From a bacterium (GTDB taxonomy: Bacteria > J088 > JAWLBW01): DNA of 64,000 bases. The notes beneath the pieces are model-generated. The model had not been told where the DNA came from. It did not search any database and saw only the letters and a list, made by a program, of their open reading frames with translations. The translations under genes and the position numbers were made by a program. Below, piece after piece: positions 8,469 through 17,196 of this stretch; position 1 is the first letter of the stretch; each line of letters begins with the position of its first letter. The stretch spans positions 62,001 to 126,000 of the forward strand of contig JAWLHK010000005.1 of the NCBI GenBank assembly GCA_041690355.1, in the 5' to 3' direction.

Positions 8469-9725
8469 TTACTCACAACAGGTGTACTTTGTTTCGAAGT
8501 CCGGAACTTCAATAAGCGACTTGTGGGTCGGAACGACCAGCGGAATTACCGTTCCTCCTAGTGATTCGCATGCTTTGCAAGCAGGGGGGAGCGGGCCGAT
8601 TGGTCGGCCCGATTTCTCCCTGCCAACCCCTCCAATAGAGTGAACCTCAGAGGAAATCGTCCCCTTGCAGAAGTAGCATTTGAAAACCAGATTGTTACCC
8701 ACGCTCTTGTCCTGCTTGGTGCCAAAGAGCTTATCGAGCTTGTCGCCCCATCCTTGATACCCAATAAACCGACTCCCACAAGTGGTAGCTACTTTTTCTT
8801 GCAAGCACTTGGTCCCAGTACGATCCACATTGGACAGCGGATTTCCTGCAGCATAGATAAATGGCAGTTCATCCACAAATCCAATAGTAACCAGCGGATC
8901 CACCTGCACATACCTTCCCACATCCGCCGCGTACCACCGGTTCCAGTTGTACGCCAGCCCCGACTCGTCATCGCGGAACTGGCCGGGGAACATGAACCGG
9001 TCGTCCACATCGTTCACGAGCGGGACCGTGTCCGACCAGAATGGATCATGCTCCACGTGGCGGACGATTGTCCCGCTTTCATCCGTGAGAAGGATCGGTT
9101 CGCCGAGGATGCCGTTGTGGTACCAGTAGACGGCTGTCGACCGTTGCTCAATGGGCGCCGCGTGCGCCGGCGTGATCCAGAACTCGAGGACCCACGCGGC
9201 GCCTCGCAAGGCATAATTCATCGCCTCCCGCAGCTCCGGATACTCGCGGAACACCTGCACCGCGATCGGCGAGAGATCCCGGTAGTAGAATCGGATGATC
9301 CATTCGCCGAGGTCGTCCCCGGAGAGCACCTGGCCGCGGAACCCACGCAGCACCTGGAGCGCCTGGTGAGAAGCAAGGTCGCATTGGGCCTGGCCGTTGT
9401 AGGCAATGGCTGTTGCGGCGCAACAGCATCCACCGCCTCCGCCGCCTCCGTCGCCCGTCTGGGCGCGCAGGACTTTCGTCACGATCTTCGCGAGCGGTTG
9501 GCCATACCGGTCATCGGACGTCGGACGCCGGACGTCGGTATCGGAACGAACCGAGGCATTCCCGGCACCATGTAGCGCGGGAGACCGCGACCGTTTACCC
9601 TGCGGAATCCAATACGCTCCAGGGCGTCTCCTGGGACGCTCAGGTCGGGGTTTGGGACTCTGGGCTTGGGAAGCCGGTATTGCCATTCGATAAATACCGT
9701 AGCAGACCGTTGAGCTGGCGTCCAA
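8469..9725 (-). CDS. Orphan RHS module: RHS core C-terminus, internal CFI-box-like domain and Cys-rich C-terminal toxin tip (true start uncertain; RHS homology begins ~9506)
   Basis: YGQPLAKI...YWYHNGILGEP...FPGQFRDDESGLAYNWNRWYAADVGRYVQVDP...YAAGNPLSNVDRTG; GC drops across the tip. Confidence 0.88.
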   Translation of the reverse strand: MDASSTVCYGIYRMAIPASQAQSPKPRPERPRRRPGAYWIPQGKRSRSPALHGAGNASVRSDTDVRRPTSDDRYGQPLAKIVTKVLRAQTGDGGGGGGGCCCAATAIAYNGQAQCDLASHQALQVLRGFRGQVLSGDDLGEWIIRFYYRDLSPIAVQVFREYPELREAMNYALRGAAWVLEFWITPAHAAPIEQRSTAVYWYHNGILGEPILLTDESGTIVRHVEHDPFWSDTVPLVNDVDDRFMFPGQFRDDESGLAYNWNRWYAADVGRYVQVDPLVTIGFVDELPFIYAAGNPLSNVDRTGTKCLQEKVATTCGSRFIGYQGWGDKLDKLFGTKQDKSVGNNLVFKCYFCKGTISSEVHSIGGVGREKSGRPIGPLPPACKACESLGGTVIPLVVPTHKSLIEVPDFETKYTCCE

Positions 9726-10078
9726 CCCGATGCAGCGTCTCGCTCACTGCACGCCCGCTTTCCGGATCCATGAATTTCAAACGCTCGGCCAGCAGAAGCT
9801 GCGTCTCGACCTCGCAAAGCGAACCTCGGGAGACACGAAGATGGTAGATGAACTCATTGTCGCTTCTTCGGCCGTGCCCCTCCGCGATATTCGACGGGAC
9901 CGACACGGCAGCACGCTCGATCTGCTGACACAGTGAATAACGCTGCTCTTTCGGGAAGTTCTTCGACAGCCGATAGACCTCCTCCGCAAGATCCATTGCC
10001 CCCTGCCACACGTCCAGGTCCTTGAACGATTTTCCTCGCATACCCCCTCCTTTTCGAGCGAGTATATGCTCCCCCCGC
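9508..10078 (-). repeat. Four-helix-bundle cassette copy 2 (direct repeat of 6860-7429; lacks the upstream heptamer arm)
   Basis: Identical to copy 1 over the gene and flanks except for a few substitutions in the heptamer arm and a C-run length difference. Confidence 0.93.
9640..10041 (-). CDS. Four helix bundle protein, identical to 6992-7393
   Basis: Same 133-aa translation as copy 1. Confidence 0.93.
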   Translation of the reverse strand: MRGKSFKDLDVWQGAMDLAEEVYRLSKNFPKEQRYSLCQQIERAAVSVPSNIAEGHGRRSDNEFIYHLRVSRGSLCEVETQLLLAERLKFMDPESGRAVSETLHRVGRQLNGLLRYLSNGNTGFPSPESQTPT

Positions 10079-10118
10079 AGTGCGCACCTGCCGCTGAGAA
10101 CGAGGCGATGCCATAGAA

Positions 10119-10592
10119 TCAGTCAGCCAAAGGCATCGACACCCAGGTTTTCGACTCGACATCCCCGTAGTATAGAACCGCTGCCTTTTCAAAGTATTCG
10201 ACAATAACACCGTCATATTGAAGCTTGATCGTTTTCGCTTTTTCGCTCGATGCACGAGATGATGAATAAGTGCGACCGGACGCTGCTTTTCGCAGGAAGG
10301 CAATTCCATCATTCCGCGAGCCGAGCTCTTGATGAAACGTCACGCGGCAATCGGCATCACACACGACAACTTCAAATCGAAGCCCATTGGATAGCTTTCG
10401 AAGGATTGCAGCCCCTTTATTCTCCGGGCCAAAGATCACGCGGACGATTCCCGGTGTATCAGGCGCTTTTGCAGCAGCGTCCGAATCAAGGTCACCCTTT
10501 TCTACTATTGTCGCATTGCGTGAGTGGAGCCATTGGTCAAGCCCCCGGGGCTCCGATGATAGAACTGTGGCGATAACAAGAATCGCGATCAT
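10119..10592 (-). CDS. Putative periplasmic immunity protein
   Basis: Low GC; hydrophobic N-terminus MIAILVIATVLS; ATGA overlap with the upstream toxin-tip-like remnant. Confidence 0.6.
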   Translation of the reverse strand: MIAILVIATVLSSEPRGLDQWLHSRNATIVEKGDLDSDAAAKAPDTPGIVRVIFGPENKGAAILRKLSNGLRFEVVVCDADCRVTFHQELGSRNDGIAFLRKAASGRTYSSSRASSEKAKTIKLQYDGVIVEYFEKAAVLYYGDVESKTWVSMPLAD

Positions 10593-10695
10593 AAGTCGAC
10601 CCCTACCTTCTTGCAATCACAGGCGGCTGGGACGCCAGACTTGTTCCCACCCTGCTGAAAATGCCAATGGTCGAGAAATCGATCCCCCCGCTCAT
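10589..10695 (-). pseudogene. Possible toxin C-terminal remnant
   Basis: ~35 codons NERGDRFLDHWHFQQGGNKSGVPAACDCKKVGVDL ending in an ATGA overlap with the next gene; no start of its own. Confidence 0.35.
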
Positions 10696-13600
10696 TTACT
10701 TCCGCTGCTTCCGTATAGCGGCTTTCACGGCGCGGCCCACAGCCTCGGCGGTCGGCTCGAGGACCGGGTTGCCGTCGACGAGAACCACCGGAAGCCTGCC
10801 GGGAAATGCAGAATGGCGCTGAGCCGTGTCCATGATCGCGTCCATGGCTTCTGCATGCTTGTCCGAAAAGAGGCACTGACGGAAGTCCTTCCGACTGAGC
10901 TTCGCCTTTTCGGCGACGGCAAACAGATCGTCAAAACCCTCGACCCGGGCGTCGAACAGCAACGCGTGGAAGTCCTGCAATCGCCGCTTCTCTGCCGCAC
11001 AGAGTTGCGCCCGAAGCATGTAGGGGGTCGTCTCGTTCCAACTCATCGGCATGCCGACGACGAGGAGACCAGCCTCCGGGTGCTTCTGAGGAAGCTCCGC
11101 GAGCGCCGTCTTGAAGAACGTCTTCTCGTCCGCCGAATACGCTTGAAAGGCAAGAACCTCGACCTTCGCGTTGGAGCGCCCCTGGTACGGTAGCGATGTC
11201 CTGCCGGGCTCGCCGAGAATGTCCCGGATCGCGTTTCGCAGTTCACCTTCGCGGGCACGGCCCCTGGTCTGGCCGCGCCGGAAACCGGGCACGGGCGAAC
11301 CGGCCGCTTTCACGTACTGCCGGCTGCGGGCGGGCGGCCAGGCTTCGGCCATCCGTCCGAAGCATGCCTGGAATGCCCCAGTATCAAGCCCTGCCTCGCC
11401 GGCCAGGTCCTGGAACCCCTTGTTACCCCACCGGTCACGCTCGGAGAACAGAGTTCTCAGATAGCGATCGAGCTTGCCCCCATCATGGGCGCAGTGGACG
11501 GCAAGCGCCGCATCATGTCCTGCGTCGAGCATCGGCGCCGGGTACACGGCGATCCGCAATCGACCCTCTGCTTTGCGCAAGACTTCGGGGGCCAGCTCCC
11601 GGAGGAACCTCGACGCGAACGGCTGTGCGTAATCCAGCCAGACTTCGAGGGTCTCGGCGGCGTCGGCTGGCCCGAGCAGAATCGGTTTCTCCATGGCCAC
11701 CGGTTCATTCGATCCGGGGGCGACCGACGCCTGCACCACAGAAGCCTGCGAACTCGGGCTGCTCTCCTGTGCAGCCGGTGCCGGCTCGGCTTTCGATTGC
11801 GCCGGCGCCGCGCCGCCAAGCGCCGCCTGAACCGCCTCTTCGTAGTGGGACATCGGCATGAGCCCCACGATGGTCTTGTCGCCGATCTGCATGTAGGGGA
11901 GGGCCTTGACTCGTCTCCGATCGCCTTCGGCGACGTCGGCGAACACAGCTTTCATCTGCTCGGGGTCTTCCTGGCAGGCCGCGAACTTCACCAGGTCGAG
12001 CCCGAGTAATTTCGCGAACGTGCGCAGCTCTTCGGCCGACCCGCGCCCGAGGTTCGAGAGCACCAGGCCCTGATAAGCAGCCAGCTTGTCCTGGGCATGC
12101 GCGCAACGGACCGCCACAGCAGTCAGGAGCGAGCTGTGCCCGGTCTGGGGACGATCGTAGAAGCTGAACCGGAGCTGCGGGAAACGCTCTGCAAGTCTGG
12201 TGATGACCTCCATATGCAGCCGGGCGCTCATACTCCCCTGATAGTCGTGATAGACGACCACCTCGAGAGCCGGCTTTTCCGCCCCCCACGCGGGTCGTTC
12301 GGCCTTCCCAGCAGTCTGCGTGCGAGGCGGCGAGGGAGCGTCGGCTGCCTGCGTCGCGGATACCCCCGCGGCGTTCAACCGTTCTGCAGCAACGCGCAGC
12401 AGGCCCCGATCCGTTCCAACATAGAGATGTCCCGCCCGATCGGCGGCCACCGCGTGCACGACCCCCGCTCCGGGCCCCCAGCGGGTCACTCCGGGAAGGC
12501 GGTCGTTCAGATCCGCAAGCAGCTTCCACTCTCCCCTCTGGAGCCGGAGCAACCCTGCGGCGGAGCCGAACACCCAATCGTCGGTACCTAGACGGGCGCC
12601 ACGGGTTCCCATGTACAGGGCCGGTGTCGTGCGGTAGATCGCCTGATAAGTCCGATCGAACTCGGCATACGGTCTCCAGGCATCCCCCTCATGACGGACG
12701 AATCCTTTCAGCGTCCCCACGACCGCAACGCCGGGCTCCATCGGGGTATAGGCCGTGGCGAACCAGATCTTCGTTTCGTCCGAAAGGGAGAGCCGTTCGA
12801 AGCGCTCGCCATTCCACTCGAGCACCCCACCCACGAGCGGCGCGCCGTTCAGAATCCGGTGATTCTCATCCGAGCAGACAACCCTGACCTTGCCCGCATG
12901 GGTGAGATGGAGCGTGGCGGGCAGATCGCTCCGGGCGGGGAACTGCTCCGGATCGGTCGCCCAGGAGAATTTCTGCAGCCGCCCTTCATGCCAGCGGACG
13001 ACCCACGGCGGCGCGGTCATCCAGACGGCGCCATCGGGGGCCGTGAGGAAATCGATGATAGGATCGGAAATGCCGGCTTCCTTCAGATCGACGCGCTGCT
13101 CGACTGCGTCGGCTTCAGGGTGAATCGCGTACAGCACGGCGTGCTCGGCGAACAGCACTTCGCCGGCCGCTCCCTCGCGCAGTCGGCGGGTCGTCTTCGC
13201 TGCGACCATGCGGGGCTCGAGTTGACCGTCTGTATTCAGCACATCGATGCGATCCGCGCGTGCAAGGTAGAGTTTCTGGCCGCCGGCGGCAGAGAGCATA
13301 TCGAGCACGGGCCCGTCGGTCAAGCTCTGCAACGACGGGTCTGCGCGCCAGAAATCGGTCGCGGTCATGAGCACGGCATGCCCGACGGAAGCGACCGCGC
13401 CGAAAACGGGTTGCGCCTGGCCATCGCGGACGACGTGGAGCGGTTCGGTGCGGTGCGCGGCATAGAGGTAGACTCCGCGGGGCGTCAGCAGGCCGAGCGC
13501 AGCCCGGCGCCCATCAAGGGGAATACTCGTCAGGCCGTTCACCGGAAGGCCCGGCGGAATGCCGCGCAGGGGAACGGCAACCGTGCGGCCCTTCAGAGTC

Positions 13601-16600
13601 ATCAGCCGCTCGGGCACCCCCCGCCGCAGCACAAACGTCTCGCCTCCGGCGACCGCGACATCGTCTACCCGGCCGGGCAGAATGAATCTCCCCTTTGAAC
13701 GGCCCGACTGCTCGACAAGACCCGAGGGCATGGCCAGCAGCAGCGTCTCGCCCACCTGCGCGGCCGCCACCGCATCACGCGGCAACGATCCGGGGCGGGG
13801 CCTTCCGGCAAGCAACAGCTCGGCACCGCGGGTTCCTCGGTAGACACCCGCCCTCCCCGCTTGCGCCTCGCGCTTCACGGCTCCCGAAGCATCCATTTGC
13901 AGGAGCTGCTCGCCCGTTGACGCCTTGACGATTCCGGAATCGCTCACGACCACGCGGGCCGGCCCTTTCAGCGATGCGCCATGGGGCGCAGGGCTCCAGA
14001 GCCCCGGGTCGCCGAAAGCCGACTCCGCGAACAGCGAAGCACCCGCGAGCGTCTGCAATGGTTCCGCCTCGACCGTCTTCAGGGCACGCTCGGCCGCAGC
14101 ATTCCCGGCAGCCGCCTGGCGTTCGACGGCATCGAGCAGCAGGCTCCAGGTATCCCAGTCTTCGAGCGTGACGCCGTCCGGGCGGGTGCGGGACAGCAAC
14201 TCGTGAGCACTCAGAAGCACTTCGCGCTGCATCTCCCGCCAGGCGTCCCCTTCGCGGCCCGCAGCGGTCCGTCCGACAAAGCGCAGCACCTCCCACGCCT
14301 CTTCGGCCGCCGAAAGCCGCGCGCCAAGGTGCGCCTGCAGCTCGCGGGCAAGGGCGAGCCCCGCGCGCAGGGCCTCCAATTCGGACCCCTTGACTGCCGC
14401 CGCACTCATGGCCTCGGCGTAGGCGAGCCGCAGGCGGGCGACCGAGGGTGGATCTTCGAACAGTTCGGGCACCGAGCCAGGTTCGAAGCCGAACGTCTCG
14501 CGCAGAATGACGCGCACCTGGCGGATATCCGGATCGGCACCCCCGTTTTCGCGCAGGAACTCGGCGAGCGGGAACCGGCGCCCCTGGTATTCGAGCTCCA
14601 TCCCCTCTCCGGTGGCGAGCGGATGGAAGAGCAGCGTGCCATACCGGTTCGTCTCGATGGTAGCAAGTCGCGAACCCTCATACACGAGGGTCGCGCGGAA
14701 ATCCGCCGACGTCGTCACCCCCCGCAGATATTCCCCTTCATCGTCATACCAGGCGCGCACCCAGGCCTCGCCCACACGGACTTCGACGGGGCGCCCCGAA
14801 ACCGGATGGTCCACTCGAATCTCTTCCCGGCCATTCGCATGGCGGATGATGACCCTGCCCCTGGCCGCGTCGACCTTGACCTCTGCCGACTCGGTCTGGG
14901 ACTTCTGGCGGGCGCTGTCGAACCACGCGATGTAACGCAGACTGTTACCGATACCCGGAACGCGCCGGTACTGCGCGGTGTACGCCAGACGGTGATTTCC
15001 GAGCTGGCCGAACGCCTCCCCCTGATGAGAGAGGTTGACCGAGTTGGGCTCGATGCCGCGCAGCCTCTCTGTCAGCAGAAGCGCCACAGCCGGGCTGCCT
15101 CCGTACATGACGTGCAGCTGGATCAGCATCCGAAGCCGATAGACCGACGTGGGGGCGCGGTCGAGGTAGCGCGAAGCAATGGACAGTCCCGATCGCCCCC
15201 CGATCCCGCCCTGGGTGGCCGCGTCCCAGATCAGGTCGCCGTCATCCGGATTCCGTTCGAGGGCGTGCGCGAGGGCCTCGCGCGCCGCATCGCGATCGGC
15301 TTTGGCGACCAGTGCGAAGTACCGGAACTTGCGGGCGAAGCCGGGCCGGCCGCCCATGGCTTCGTAAGCACCGATTTGACGGAGCGTCTCGTCAGCCTGG
15401 CCCGCCTCGATACTACCGTCGCGCAGGTCAGCCACGAGCGTTTCGATGCGTGCCTCCTGCATGGCGAGCCGATCCCCGAACGGCGCCTCTTCGAGGTCGT
15501 CCGCAATCCGATCGAGATGCTTGCCGATGCGTTCAAAGTCCTTCAAGCGCAGAAGTGCGCGCACATAAATTCCGTGCGGCCAGAACCGGCCCGGATTCCG
15601 TTCGGCGGCTTCGCGAAGCGCTTCGTTCCACGCGCGCTCCTCGTCGCCCCGCTCGATGTGGAACCCGTCCCATACCGACGGCGACCAGACGTACCGTTCC
15701 CGAAGACGCTGGTGGTGAAGCGGGGCGGCATCGCTCCCCCCCAGCCGGATATCCCCTACATAGTCTTCGAACGAACCAGGAGCCGCGTGGCCGACCGACT
15801 TTTCGAGCAGCGTGACGGCCTTCGCACGGTCGCCCAGCGACTCGTAGGTTTGCGACAGACGGCGAAGCAGCGACGGCGAACCGGGGTAGGACTCCATTGC
15901 GCGTTCCGCGATCCTGTCCAAGGTCTGGCGGCCCAATCCTGGCGACGCGGCAAGCAGCCATTCGTACGTCACATGCGTCAGCTGCGCATCGAGAAGACCG
16001 TCGGGAAGTTCACCGCCCGCGCGTCCCGCGAGCCGTCCCCACGCAAACGCCATGGCACGCCGGTCCGGAGTCGCCCCCCGCGTTACGGCCGTCACAGCCC
16101 ATGCATACGCCGCAGCATAATTCCGGCTCGCCGACAGAGAGAAGGCAAGCAGCGCGGCCCCGGCAGCCGAGCCGCCCTTCGCGGCGCGTTGCGTTGCCCG
16201 CAGAGCGCGCCCTTGATGACCGGCCTTCGACCATGCCGCATGCACGGCGCGAATCCTCTCCTCATCATTGATGATATCGGCGGCGACCGTTTCAACCGCA
16301 GCGGCCTCGTCGAGGCGGGCCAGGACCTCTAGCAGCTTTCCCCGCAGCCGGTCGCCGAGCATGGGAAACGGGTACCGCGCAAGCGCCTCTTCCAGCTGCA
16401 CCCTCGCCGTGTCGATGTGGCCCGTTTGAATCCAGCGGTCGGCCAGCCAGAGCACCGCGAACGGATCTTCCCCCTCTTCGTTCATCCACTCTGCAACGGC
16501 GAAGGCTTCTTCGTACGGATCGGCGGGACGCCAGCGAAGCACCCGGCTGACCATACGTGCAAGCGGCGTATCCTTCTGCGCCCCCTCGAAAACCAGTTCC

Positions 16601-17106
16601 TCCACCTGTTCGCGAACGGTTTCGTCCGAAGCACACCGGATCAGGATCTCGGCGGTCACGAAATGGTCGGGAAAGCGCTCGAGCATGGATTCTCCGAACC
16701 CGAGCGCCCGCCGGGCGTCAAACTGCTCGAGTGCACCGTAAGCGGCATAATAGAGCGGCCACAGCGCGAGACCCGTGTCAGGCTCGGGAACCCGTGCCGC
16801 CAGGTCGCTCCACCGGCGGGCGCGGAACAGTTGCCAGGCGGTCGCGGGGGATTCCGTCGGCGGTTCCGTCCACTCGCTCAAGGCGGCACCCAGCGGATGC
16901 GCTCCACCGTGGGTCCGCACCGCCTCGCGCAACGCGTCCATCTTTCCATCTCGATAGAGCCGCGCCCACTCCTTGACCTCGCCCCCAGCATATGCAGACG
17001 GAACGTCGGGTTCAATCTTCGGGGGAAACGCCCCTCGCCGGGAGGAGTCGGTCTGGCAGGCGATCACGGATACCGAGAGCAGACAGAGCAGCAGCATATT
17101 CCGCAT
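10696..17106 (-). CDS. Giant lipoprotein (~2136 aa): TPR region, YD-like segment, beta-propeller repeats, three DsbA-like thioredoxin-fold domains
   Basis: Lipobox SVIAC after MRNMLLLCLL; GAGGTG RBS; TPR-like helices; DGAVWM/GHLYVGTDRGL propeller motifs; three C-terminal DsbA-like repeats. Confidence 0.8.
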   Translation of the reverse strand: MRNMLLLCLLSVSVIACQTDSSRRGAFPPKIEPDVPSAYAGGEVKEWARLYRDGKMDALREAVRTHGGAHPLGAALSEWTEPPTESPATAWQLFRARRWSDLAARVPEPDTGLALWPLYYAAYGALEQFDARRALGFGESMLERFPDHFVTAEILIRCASDETVREQVEELVFEGAQKDTPLARMVSRVLRWRPADPYEEAFAVAEWMNEEGEDPFAVLWLADRWIQTGHIDTARVQLEEALARYPFPMLGDRLRGKLLEVLARLDEAAAVETVAADIINDEERIRAVHAAWSKAGHQGRALRATQRAAKGGSAAGAALLAFSLSASRNYAAAYAWAVTAVTRGATPDRRAMAFAWGRLAGRAGGELPDGLLDAQLTHVTYEWLLAASPGLGRQTLDRIAERAMESYPGSPSLLRRLSQTYESLGDRAKAVTLLEKSVGHAAPGSFEDYVGDIRLGGSDAAPLHHQRLRERYVWSPSVWDGFHIERGDEERAWNEALREAAERNPGRFWPHGIYVRALLRLKDFERIGKHLDRIADDLEEAPFGDRLAMQEARIETLVADLRDGSIEAGQADETLRQIGAYEAMGGRPGFARKFRYFALVAKADRDAAREALAHALERNPDDGDLIWDAATQGGIGGRSGLSIASRYLDRAPTSVYRLRMLIQLHVMYGGSPAVALLLTERLRGIEPNSVNLSHQGEAFGQLGNHRLAYTAQYRRVPGIGNSLRYIAWFDSARQKSQTESAEVKVDAARGRVIIRHANGREEIRVDHPVSGRPVEVRVGEAWVRAWYDDEGEYLRGVTTSADFRATLVYEGSRLATIETNRYGTLLFHPLATGEGMELEYQGRRFPLAEFLRENGGADPDIRQVRVILRETFGFEPGSVPELFEDPPSVARLRLAYAEAMSAAAVKGSELEALRAGLALARELQAHLGARLSAAEEAWEVLRFVGRTAAGREGDAWREMQREVLLSAHELLSRTRPDGVTLEDWDTWSLLLDAVERQAAAGNAAAERALKTVEAEPLQTLAGASLFAESAFGDPGLWSPAPHGASLKGPARVVVSDSGIVKASTGEQLLQMDASGAVKREAQAGRAGVYRGTRGAELLLAGRPRPGSLPRDAVAAAQVGETLLLAMPSGLVEQSGRSKGRFILPGRVDDVAVAGGETFVLRRGVPERLMTLKGRTVAVPLRGIPPGLPVNGLTSIPLDGRRAALGLLTPRGVYLYAAHRTEPLHVVRDGQAQPVFGAVASVGHAVLMTATDFWRADPSLQSLTDGPVLDMLSAAGGQKLYLARADRIDVLNTDGQLEPRMVAAKTTRRLREGAAGEVLFAEHAVLYAIHPEADAVEQRVDLKEAGISDPIIDFLTAPDGAVWMTAPPWVVRWHEGRLQKFSWATDPEQFPARSDLPATLHLTHAGKVRVVCSDENHRILNGAPLVGGVLEWNGERFERLSLSDETKIWFATAYTPMEPGVAVVGTLKGFVRHEGDAWRPYAEFDRTYQAIYRTTPALYMGTRGARLGTDDWVFGSAAGLLRLQRGEWKLLADLNDRLPGVTRWGPGAGVVHAVAADRAGHLYVGTDRGLLRVAAERLNAAGVSATQAADAPSPPRTQTAGKAERPAWGAEKPALEVVVYHDYQGSMSARLHMEVITRLAERFPQLRFSFYDRPQTGHSSLLTAVAVRCAHAQDKLAAYQGLVLSNLGRGSAEELRTFAKLLGLDLVKFAACQEDPEQMKAVFADVAEGDRRRVKALPYMQIGDKTIVGLMPMSHYEEAVQAALGGAAPAQSKAEPAPAAQESSPSSQASVVQASVAPGSNEPVAMEKPILLGPADAAETLEVWLDYAQPFASRFLRELAPEVLRKAEGRLRIAVYPAPMLDAGHDAALAVHCAHDGGKLDRYLRTLFSERDRWGNKGFQDLAGEAGLDTGAFQACFGRMAEAWPPARSRQYVKAAGSPVPGFRRGQTRGRAREGELRNAIRDILGEPGRTSLPYQGRSNAKVEVLAFQAYSADEKTFFKTALAELPQKHPEAGLLVVGMPMSWNETTPYMLRAQLCAAEKRRLQDFHALLFDARVEGFDDLFAVAEKAKLSRKDFRQCLFSDKHAEAMDAIMDTAQRHSAFPGRLPVVLVDGNPVLEPTAEAVGRAVKAAIRKQRK

Positions 17107-17196
17107 GGAGCACCTCACAACAGAGGAGAAACCGGAGCGCATCGCCCCGAAAGCACATCTTATCTCGCAGCAAAGCGCTGTCAAGTGCGGGGCACA

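Noticed and set aside
6557-10078. Diversity-generating retroelement (Avd-like genes plus a repeated pair as TR/VR)
   Set aside because: No reverse transcriptase in the window; differences between the two RHS copies are mostly synonymous and involve all bases rather than being adenine-specific
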